DNA of 64,000 bases, from positions 26,040,001-26,104,000 of the forward strand of contig OZ038378.1 of the NCBI GenBank assembly GCA_964036045.1, written 5' to 3'. How positions within the stretch are numbered: the stretch's first letter is position 1; every line of letters starts with the position of its first letter. Source of the stretch: Eutreptiella sp. 'Long Island Sound 2002'. Its lineage: Eukaryota > Protista > Euglenida. The notes under the pieces are model-generated. The model saw only the letters and a list, made by a program, of their open reading frames with translations, ran no database searches and was not told where the DNA came from. The position numbers and the translations under genes were made by a program. Shown in pieces: positions 38,801-47,266 of the stretch.

Positions 38801-41800
38801 GTTTTTGGAGCTTGTGGTGGCCCATTTTGGTCCTCCGAAAATCCTCAAATGCCTTGAAAATGGGCTGTTTTAGGACCAAAAAAGGGTCAAAAATGCATTT
38901 TTCCAAACCTCATCCTAGACCATTTGGGGTGCACAAACGGGTGAAATGAGCCCATTTTGAGCCCATTTTGGGGCATTTTGGCCCCTCAGAAGTCCAAAAA
39001 GCCTTGAAAGTGGGCCTTGTGGTGATGGGGTTCACTTGCAAGCTGATTCCACTTTGTCAAGAGCCAACAATGTGTGAATCATTCTTGATGTCATAGCTCA
39101 TGTTCCCTCCGCCACCAGCTCGGTCCCAATATTCAGTCTTGATTAGGGCAAGGGTTAGGGTTAGGGTCACCGAGCTGGTGGAACCAGTCTTGGTTTTATA
39201 ACCCTTTTTAGTGTCTAGGGTGGACCTACTAGGTTTACCAGCAGCAAGCAGCAAGCAGCAGCACGCGCGAAATGGGTAAAAATCATAACTCCGTCGTGGG
39301 GCTTCAGATTCGGGTGAAATTTTGGTGGATGATACCTATGGGTGTGAAGTACAATCACACAAAGTTTCAGCGAGAAACTCAACGGTGGCGGCCGGGAACG
39401 GGATTCGCAAGTGGCGGACCTCAATTTCAAAAACTGCAGTTCAGGGCCAAAAACAGCCATTTTTGGGCCAAAAAAGCCCGGGAACACATTCAAAACGGCC
39501 AAACGAAGGGAAACGGTGGGTACACTCCACGTGTGGCTTGACTTCCCCGTGTCAACGAGCTCTTTGCGGCCCTCTAACTCCATGATATGTCCCGGAAACG
39601 GCCCAAAAAGGCCCCCAAAAGCTCCAAATGCCGACAGCCACAAACCAAGAATAGGCCATATCTTTGGCTACATGGCTCAAAATGCGATTCCGAGGGCACC
39701 TACTCCACCCGCAACCCCCCACTTTTTGTGGTTTCCACCCCTCAGAATTGCCCAAATGGACGCCTAGACCCCAATACCTAGGCCCACTAGGCTGCGGCAA
39801 GCTGCAAGCTCAAGCCCAAACAGGTGGGTGCCCAAATGGGTCAACAGGGTCCAGTAGGGGCAAAAAAATTAATTTTCTCAAAAATGATCCTCGACCATGT
39901 GCGACGCTAAAACAAGTGTTTTTGGACCGTTTTGAGCTTGTGGTGGCCCATTTTGGTCCTCCGAAAATCCCAAAATGCCTTGAAAATGGGCTGTTTTGGG
40001 ACCAAAAATGGGTTAAAAATGGGTCAAAAATGCATTTTTCCAAACCTCATCCTAGACCATTTGGGGTGCACAAACGGGTAAAATGAGCCCATTTTGAGCC
40101 CATTTTGGGGCATTTTGGCCCCTCAGAAGTCCAAAAAGCCTTGAAAGTGGGCCTCGTGGTGATGGGGTTCACTTGCAAGCTGATTCCACTTTGTCAAGAG
40201 CCATCAATGCGTGAATCATTCTTGATGTCCCTCACCAGTCATAGTTGATGTTCCCTCCCCCACCAGCTCGGTCCCAATATTAAGTCTTGATTAGGGCAAG
40301 GGTTAGGGTTAGGGTCACCGAGCTGGTGGAACCAGTCTTGGTTTTATAACCCTTTTTAGTGTCTAGGGTGGACCTACCAGGTTTAGCAGCAGCAGCAGCA
40401 AGCAGCAAGCAAGCAGCACGCGCGAAATGGGTAAAAATCATAACTCCGTCGTGGGGCTTCAGATTCGGGTGAAATTTTGGTGGATGATACCTATGGGTGT
40501 GAAGTACAATCACACAAAGTTTCAGCGAGAAACTCAACGGTGGCGGCCGGGAACGGGATTCGCAAGTGGCGGACCTCAATTTCAAAAACTGCAGTTCAGG
40601 GCCAAAAACAGCCATTTTTGGGCCAAAAAGACCCTAGAACACATTCAAAACGGCCAAACGAAGGGAAACAGTGGGTACACTCCACGTGTGGCTTGACTTC
40701 CCCGTGTCAACGAGCTCTTTGCGGCCCTCTAACTCCATGATATGTCCCGGAAACGGCCCAAAAAGGCCCCCAGAAGCTCCAAATGCCGACAGCCACAAAC
40801 CAAGAATAGGCCATATCTTTGGCTACATGGCTCAAAATGCGATTCCGAGGGCACCTACTCCACCCGCAACCCCCCACTTTTTGTGGTTTCCAGCCCTCAG
40901 AGTTGCCCAAACGGACGCCTAGACCCCAATACCTAGGCCCACTAGGCTGCGGCAAGCTGCAAGCTCAAGCCCAAACAGGTGGGTGCCCAAATGGGTCAAC
41001 AGGGTCCAGTAGGGGCAAAAAGATGACTCTTCTCAAAAATGATCCTAGACCATGTTTGGCGCTAAAACAAGTGTTTTTGGACCGTTTTGAGCTTGTGGTG
41101 GCCCATTTTGGTCCTCCGAAAATCCCAAAATGCCTTGAAAATGGGCTGTTTTGGGACCAAAAATGGGTTAAAAATGGGTCAAAAATGCATTTTTCCAAAC
41201 CTCATCCTAGACCATTTGGGGTGCACAAACGGGTAAAATGAGCCCATTTTGAGCCCATTTTGGGGCATTTTGGCCCCTCAGAAGTCCAAAAAGCCTTGAA
41301 AGTGGGCCTCGTGGTGATGGGGTTCACTTGCAAGCTGATTCCACTTTGTCAAGAGCCATCAATGTGTGAATCATTCTTGATGTCCCTCACCAGTCATAGT
41401 TGATGTTCTCTCCCCCACCAGCTCGGTCCCAATATTCAGTCTTGGTTAGGGTTAGGGTCAAGGGAAAGGTTTGGGGGTAGGGTTAGGAGTAGGCTGAGGG
41501 TTGGGGTGGGCATTAGAGTCAAGGTTGGGTTCAAGGATAATGTTGGGGTGCAAAGTGGACAAAATGGGCAAGGGGAATGAAAAAAAAAATTTCGGGCGCC
41601 TTCGGCGCCACCATATGTATGGCCAGTAGCTGTTGACCCTTGGCAACTAAGTGGGCCCGGAGGGCAGGGAGGGGGGGGGAGGGGGGGGGGGGGGAGTCGC
41701 GTACCAGAACCGAGGAGACGTCCCCCCGTGGAAGGGATCGTGGACGAGTGCAGAGGGCAGTCTGTAAGCTGTAGGCTGTTGAGGGCAATGGCCGTAGAGG

Positions 41801-44800
41801 ATTTTGAAATTGTCCAGAGGCTGCAGCCCACTGTGTGGTGTGACTTGTGTGACAATATCAATGTCCCACCTCTGAATCTGTTGAATCCGGGGCCCTGTAC
41901 AGTCACGTTGCTTCTTCCAGCGCAACTAGCGGCTTCGCGGCCGTTTCAGCCTGCTCCCTCGTGGTGTGGGACGGCAGAGCGTGAGGAACAGAACTCCGTC
42001 CAAAAGGGACAGGCATCAGGCATCAAAAGCCAAGGCACAGGGACCTCTGAAACCCAAACAAAGCAGCGCGTGCAGACAGCAGCATACAGCAGAACATCAC
42101 AAAAAGTAGCACGTAACATTGCTGCTGAGCAAGCAGGAGGAAGCAGCAAGCGCCATGGCACAGTGGTATCACAGCAGACTGCAGATTAAACTGCACAATT
42201 TCTCCGGCAGTCCTTGGTGCTTTCCGTGTGACTTGCATCAGCTACAGCGTCGTCACAGGTGCACTCACGATGGTCATCCAGGCCATTGATGTGTTGCTAT
42301 TGTCACTGTCGAGGGTGGGTGGGGGGGGGGGGGTGTCAAAATGGTTTTCGGGCCTGAGGGGGGAGGGGTTTCAGTTCCGTTTCATTCTGCCGATGTTGGA
42401 CATACACGACTTGAGGGGTAGAAACCCGTTCCCCCTATCGGGGCCACACCACACATGGGTGTGGCTGCATAATCCCAGTCGCCTCGGGGCCACACCCAGT
42501 GAAGAGGCCTGTACCTGTTCCCATTGACGTAGGTCGCGGGGTCCGGAAAAGGTCCGGCCCTGCACGGCACCCCACCGCATGTGAAATGTACTGGCTAAAT
42601 CCAATCAATAGCCAAACAGGACCCTGCGTCCCAGAAAGGCCAAAATTGTCCTGCCCACCACCAATTGATATAAGCGACATCTGCTGTGCGCTTTGAAAGC
42701 AAACCAGCCAGTCCATATCTGACAGGTTCCCACACAAATCGGATGGGAGTGGGTCGGTATGACATAGGGGGGGTCGGTATGACATAGGGGGGGTCGGTAT
42801 GACATAGGGGGGGATTCCTACTAAACTCAGGAGACAATGTCCATGGTAGGTTTGGGTACTATTTGGGGCTGGGTATTTTTGGGATTCCGTCACACATTGG
42901 CAGATCATACGCACTACCACAGGGATGGGGTCACTGAAAGGAGGCACAAGCCCTACTGCTAGAAAGGGGAAAGCACTCTTCAACAAGATTCCGACCGAGA
43001 CCTGCAATACCAGACTGACTTGATCCATCTCAAGCTTCATCACGTTTAGGCCTTCCAAGTCGGAGTCACCCAGTTCCTCTTCCACAAGTTTCACTGCTTG
43101 GAATAATATCACCAGCCCGTTGGCTCCCAAATTCTCGACTTTGGAGCGCTCGGCGTCATTGAGAATGTCCTCGATGAACAACGGATGCACCTGCCAAGCC
43201 AGAGCACACGGACAGACTAAAGCACGGCCAGCAAAGGGTCGTCCTTTACCAAAACAAGCAACTCTGCTCAGAAACAGCACTAGAGTAAGCATGAATGATG
43301 CTTGGGACTCGGGCACGAGCATTTACAGGAACTATATCCATGTGCCACAGATCGTGACAGCCCCACCCTAGTGCCAGTTTGCAGGGGGTTTGAACATTTG
43401 GTACCCCAAGTTGTGTAGGGTAAAAATATGGATTCAGTGCAGAACACAATTTCTTACAAATGTGGGGGAGGGGTCCGGTGCACTAGCCCACAAATTTGCC
43501 GCTACGGAAAAATTTTATGAAACGTGCAAAATCCCCGCAACGATTCAGAAATATTCCGAAATATTCATGGTGCTCTGTGTTTTTTGAATCTTAATCTTAA
43601 CGGCATGCAGCAGTATGTTGGCACAATGCACACCTGTTTTGTGGGTGGGGGACTCATGCAGTCGGGGGTGCATGACCACAATCTGCGCTCTTTTTTGGGT
43701 GTGGCCCCAATACGGCAGGAGATACATAGCAACACTCCCCACTCTTCCTTGTGGTGTGGCACTAATACGGTGAGGTGTGTGCCGGAAAAATCCACCTTTC
43801 TTGGGGTGTGATCCGCAGAGGGCAAAGGATATGCAGCCACAATCTGTGGTATGGCCTCGATATGTGGGAGATTTAGGCACGATTCACGCCCTTTCCGCGA
43901 TGCAAGTAGTTGTCTTTGCCGGATTGTCAAGCGTAGCGCAGACGGCAGGATACCTGGAACATAACGTGGTGCACCCTCGTACCAATTGACACTGAGGTGC
44001 GATTTCATTCGTCTGTTTGCATTGTTGCCAGTCATTCTGCTGTGGAATCTCTTTATTCGAAGGCAGTGAAACCCGCAGGGGATGCAGCACAGACCCACAA
44101 TTGCAGGCAGTGCCGATTCTATACGACGTACGATTTTGCATGGCACAGGATACATAGCCACAATTCAGTCCTTTTTGGGGTGCTGCCCCACTTCAGCAGG
44201 GGATACGTTGCCACAATCCGAGCTGTTTCGTGGGGTGTGGCCCTGATGCAGCGCGGGGATATGTGGCCATAATTCACGGTCTTTTGGGGGGCATTGCCCT
44301 GAAGCGGCAGAGGAACGTACCAACAATATACACCGAGCCTCCTTTTGAAGAAAAGCTGAGGTGCACATGCTGAGCGCCACACATGTAGCACAAACATGCC
44401 ATGGTCTCATAACGGTGCACCAAATAGTTTCTGATTTTTTTTTGGTTTTGCTCCACACCTGTCTTCAAACCTTAACAGTGGAATCAATAGGGAAGATGAT
44501 TGCAAGTGCAAGGCAGAAATTCTACGTGTCACGCCACTTGATCCGTACGCATTTTTTTCATTGTTCAATTTTGTTGTACAACACTTCCCAAATCCTGCGT
44601 GTGGCATTGTAAGTTTTGATCCCATTTCGCATTACTAGGACCGCACACACACAAACACGGACACACAAACGAAAAAACGTGTTTAGCCCTCCAGTCGCAA
44701 AAGGCTAGGACTCTTGATCTGTCAATTGCGTGGCCGCACAACTGCCCCGAACACACACCGAAAAAAATCAACAGCACAGTACCACAGCATGACGCATACG

Positions 44801-47266
44801 ATGACAATCCACCAACAGCGCCGGGGTCAGGCAACGACGGTGGTTGACCGGTCATCGACAGTAGTCAGCAGGTACAACACGACAGCTGGCGGCCAACCGA
44901 CACGCTTTCGGTGGGCTGGCGGTTAAATCAGCGGTTGACGCTTCACCGCTGGCAGTTGGCCAGGAGCCGCCAGCCTAGAGGACCATTCTGGGGAAAAGCT
45001 GCATGCACCAGCCATTTTGTCAAGCAAGTCGAATGTCCGGAAGCGAAAACTCAAAAAATCAATACATATGGACGTGCACGAACATGCCCACTTCAGTGCA
45101 TGCACACACACGTTGTATGCTTCCAGCGTTGGCAACTGCAACTTTCCCCGCGTGCCTGTGACGTTGACCCACCGCAGCACTGCTTCGTCCTTGGTCAAAT
45201 ACCGCAGGGTTTCGCACTGGCGGCTGGTCTTGAGGTTGCGCTGCTTCGGAGCGCGGCTCCAATCCTTGCTGTACTCGATTATGAACGCCTTGTCGTTGTA
45301 TTCAATGTCTGGAACTGGCAGGATTTCCAACTCCTGGAAGTGGTGGCGTGGAAGTGGTGGGAAGAGTGTTTTCGAGGGGTCAGCGGACTGTTGAATAATG
45401 GATCATTTCTTCACGATCACCAGCTCACAGTCACCAGGGCGTCCGCGAGAGGGAAATTGCTTGTGCCATGCAGTCTAAATGGATTCCCTTGCCTGCACAA
45501 TCATAATAAAATAGATTTGTCTTGTCGCCAACATTATGACATACTGTCGGCTCTGTTTGCTCACTTCCATGCAATAAAAAAACTATATTTCAGTGGTTCT
45601 CTTCCTCAAACACAACAATGGCACTGGACATCAATCGAGATGTAGCCCCTCTTGAGCCGCGAGTGAGCTGTGATCGTGGGCACACACCCAATCCAACTGG
45701 TAGACACCTCCGGCAACAGCAGCAGCGGGTGTGCATTACATCTTGATAAAACTTTTGCCGCAAAATTAAACAAATTCAGTGCATGTTTGTTTGGTATCTG
45801 ATGACGCAGGCCACAAAGCCTAATTGTGACTTGCAACTAGGACCGAGCTGGGTTTGTGGGTCTCCTGAACCTGGTTGAAATACGGCTCTCATTTTCACCT
45901 CAAAATGGACCATGCATGGCGCCACGGCGTGAGAGACACCTCATTGAACACCTATTTGCAATCATTTGATGGTCTAATCAATGTGGAAGAAGAGCGGCCC
46001 TCATTGGAGACACCTGCTTGATCGTCCTGAACTTTCAGGATGATTGTCCCGAAAACAGGCTGAAAACGGTCATTTTTGGACACCAAATTGGCCATACAAC
46101 AGGCTAGACAGCTCAAAATCACATGAACCTTGTTTCAAGTGATGCATGTTTGCTCTGCAGTCATTTTGAGCTGCTTGGATGCCCATTTTGAGCCACACTG
46201 TCCCAAAAAAAGACTTTTTTTGTGCCTGTTGCTTGCTGCTGCTGCTTGCTGCTTGCTACTAAAATCCGTTTCTCACCTTGGACCCGAAGAAGGGTTGTAA
46301 AACCCCCACTGGGAGACCCAGCTCAGTAATCAAGACTTACAACTAGGACTGAGCTGGGTCCTAGTCTTGCTCATTGCCTCAGAAATTGCTGTGGAAGAAA
46401 ACTAGCCTGCGTTGGAGATGTTTGCTTGACACACTGGTGATTGTCCTGAACCTTCAGGAGGATTGCCCTCAAAAATGGCTGAAAAAAGGCTCATTTACAC
46501 CTGAAAATGGACCATCGAATGGCACCACGGCACAAGAGACACCTCATTGAACACCCGTTTACAATCATTTGATGCACCAATCAATGTGGAAGAAGAATGA
46601 CTCTCATTGGAGACACCTACTTGACACAGTGGCGATCGTCCTGGGCTTTCATGATGATCGTCCTGAAAATTGGCTGAAAACGGTTGTTTTTTTGGACACC
46701 AAATTGGCCATACAACAGGCTGGACAGCTCAGAATCGGCTCCGGGGGGGGGGAGGGGGAATCCTGGTTACCAAGCTGGGTCTCCCAGTGGAGGTTTTACA
46801 ACCCTTCTTAGGGTCCAGGGTGAGAACCATATTTTAGCAGCAGCAGCAGCAAGCAGCAGCAACAGACGCAAAAAAAAGTCTTTTTTGGAACATCGTGTCT
46901 CTAAAGCGGCATCTAAGTAGCTGAAAATGGCCGCAGAGCAAATGCGCATCACCTGAAAGAAGTTGCATGTTATTGGGTCGTTTCTCCAAATACCTCACAT
47001 CCCCCACCCCATGGGCCGTGTGCGAAGACGAGTGAGACTGGGAGAACGAATGAAGGGGCAGCAAGCCTCTTTTGGCAGGTTGGAGGGCATGGAGGTGCAG
47101 AGAGCGTTGCACACAGTGGCAAGAAATTGGAATGCAAGAGTGGCAGGGGCAACAGGGAGGTTGGCACCTCATACTCCTCTTCGTCATCACTATCAGACTT
47201 GTACTCGGACACTGGACGGTATTCTGTCGCACGTGGAGTGAAAGGGGTGGCGAGGGCGGCCGCCAT
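25861..47266 (-). CDS. corA: CorA-family Mg2+/Co2+ transporter, 7 exons, 401 aa: join of 47266-47168, 45333-45112, 43190-43002, 35111-34942, 33051-32775, 31813-31696, 25991-25861
   Basis: All six introns are GT-AG with consistent phases (1206 nt total). Motifs: LRWVNVTG, VHPLFIEDIL..RSKVE, DQVSLVL, LRTTDAHWLLHMIIDKEVD, YNDLRDH, MNRTMYLLTLITALFIPAQFLTGLFGMNF, MPWLEWKYGY. Confidence 0.93.
26735..26850 (+). repeat. Dispersed repeat family C, partial copy
   Basis: GGGCGGAAATGCTACGTCACCCCT..ATTCTCG..TCCCCAACAAA.GGGACAAAATC matches the reverse complement of 63185-63250. Confidence 0.7.
27010..27420. repeat. Degenerate ~10-bp CCCCATTT(T/C) tandem repeats
   Basis: More than ten CCCCATTT-like units in two clusters. 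Confidence 0.8.
27981..28149. repeat. 85-bp tandem duplication
   Basis: TGCTCCACCAAAGCTTCAATATAAG.. starts at 27981 and 28066. Confidence 0.9.
29219..29290 (+). pseudogene. tRNA-Cys(GCA)-like sequence, 72 nt, degenerate
   Basis: A box TGGCCGAATGG (29226), B box GGTTCAAACCC (29269), anticodon-loop-like CCGCAGA. The stems pair poorly. Confidence 0.6.
29317..29388 (-). pseudogene. tRNA-Cys(GCA)-like sequence, 72 nt, degenerate, inverted relative to the first
   Basis: Minus strand: CCACCCC C GGTCGAATGGTAACACA CCAAG CCGCAGA TTTTT TGGTC GGCGG TTCGAAT CCCGG TTGGTGG A. The acceptor stem pairs 5/7 and the B box is perfect. Confidence 0.65.
31696..31813 (-). CDS. corA: CorA exon 6 (TM1)
   Basis: GCCCAG| ASSRSLKDDYSYMQQDAMNRTMYLLTLITALFIPAQFLT G |GTGCCC. 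Confidence 0.93.
32775..33051 (-). CDS. corA: CorA exon 5 (stalk helices)
   Basis: CTCTCTCAG| ..MQLDKVRDLL..YNDLRDHILTILDYVASLQ |GTGTAT. Confidence 0.92.
33555..33608 (-). mobile_element. Solo TIR-like end related to the CACG family
   Basis: Reverse complement CAGGCCCGGGACGCCGGGCCCGGACCCTTTACGCCGACAC(n) parallels the right TIR of element C. No partner end or TSD was found. Confidence 0.45.
34942..35111 (-). CDS. corA: CorA exon 4
   Basis: CCTGTCAG| DNTLLSFFNSPSKTVEICKSNIATPGTKLRTTDAHWLLHMIIDKEVDRLYPMMNRF R |GTAGTA. Confidence 0.92.
35774..41447 (+). repeat. Tandem array B: five ~1.1-kb units
   Basis: Heads at 35774, 36924, 38052, 39169 and 40317. Tails end at 36899, 38027, 39144, 40292 and 41447. 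All four junctions read AGGGCAAGGGTTAGGGTTAGGGTC. Confidence 0.95.
41446..41548 (+). repeat. Interstitial telomere-like hexamer tract, homologous to 23669-23776
   Basis: TTAGGG x2 followed by in-phase degenerate hexamers. Confidence 0.88.
42751..42813. repeat. 20-bp tandem repeat x3 (GGGTCGGTATGACATAGGGG)
   Basis: Three perfect copies, directly visible. Confidence 0.95.
43002..43190 (-). CDS. corA: CorA exon 3
   Basis: TTGGCAG| VHPLFIEDILNDAERSKVENLGANG..MDQVSLVLQ |GTCTCG. Confidence 0.93.
43600..44290. repeat. Degenerate ~60-70-bp tandem repeat (GGGTGTGGCCC..GGATAYRTAGCCACAAT); inverted relative at 42430-42510
   Basis: GGATAY..GCCACAAT recurs at 43716, 43826, 44147, 44200 and 44257. Confidence 0.6.
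45112..45333 (-). CDS. corA: CorA exon 2
   Basis: CACTTCCAG| ELEILPVPDIEYNDKAFIIEYS..LRWVNVTGTRGKLQLPTLEAYN |GTGTGT. Confidence 0.9.
45822..46327 (-). mobile_element. 506-bp relative (family B) of the 1.1-kb array unit, complete copy
   Basis: Head ACTGAGCTGGG..GGTTTTACAACCCTTCTT.GGGTCCA.GGTG..TTTAG(AGC)n. Tail CCCAGCTCGGT+CCTAGTTGCAAGTCACAATT (20 nt). Confidence 0.8.
46328..46975. mobile_element. Second family-B unit: tail and body on minus (46328-46735), head inverted on plus (46769-46975)
   Basis: The tail CCCAGCTCAGT+CCTAGTTGTAAGTCTTGATT abuts the head of the first unit. 46490-46735 matches 45890-46120. The head TT|ACCAAGCTGGGTCTCCC at 46769 matches the reverse complement of 46130-46327. 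Confidence 0.75.
47168..47266 (-). CDS. corA: CorA exon 1 (start)
   Basis: MAAALATPFTPRATEYRPVSEYKSDSDDEEEYE |GTGCCA, phase 0 matching exon 2. Assigned by phase and position, not by domain motif. Confidence 0.75.

Larger units (their letters stand above)
35333..41730. mobile_element. Non-autonomous TIR DNA transposon (CACG7 family, copy B), 6398 bp, 8-bp TSD, carrying a 5-unit tandem array; inside CorA intron 3
   Basis: TIR CACGGGGGGGATGTCTCCTCG / CACGGGGGGACGTCTCCTCG. TSD GAAGGGAT at 35325-35332 and 41731-41738. Both arms are homologous to copy A. Confidence 0.95.

Noticed and set aside
19217-41241. Recurrent 89-aa (MGKNQNSVV..) and 140-aa (MATWLKMRF..) ORFs in the array units as protein genes
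   Set aside because: Differences between copies are largely amino-acid changing, some copies have stops or frameshifts (TAA at 22848-22850; deletions in A3 and B1-B3), no domain is recognisable, and ORFs are open in several frames at once. A dN/dS test and RNA-seq would settle it.
19071-41447. CRISPR array or rDNA/5S tandem interpretation of the arrays
   Set aside because: Units are ~1.1 kb near-identical copies without unique spacers, there are no cas genes, and no rRNA motifs are recognised.
35096-41906. 134-codon minus-strand ORF restored by removing element B, with an FNRFRGGTLILSHK segment like an APE endonuclease motif
   Set aside because: It is a short ORF in GC-rich intron sequence, has only one weak motif, and overlaps the CorA exon 4 acceptor in another frame.
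45112-45156. GC-AG or non-canonical intron after WVNVTG in CorA
   Set aside because: Extending the exon to the GT at 45111 gives the correct phase and a CorA-like LEAYN-VHPL junction. No non-canonical introns are needed in either reconstructed gene.
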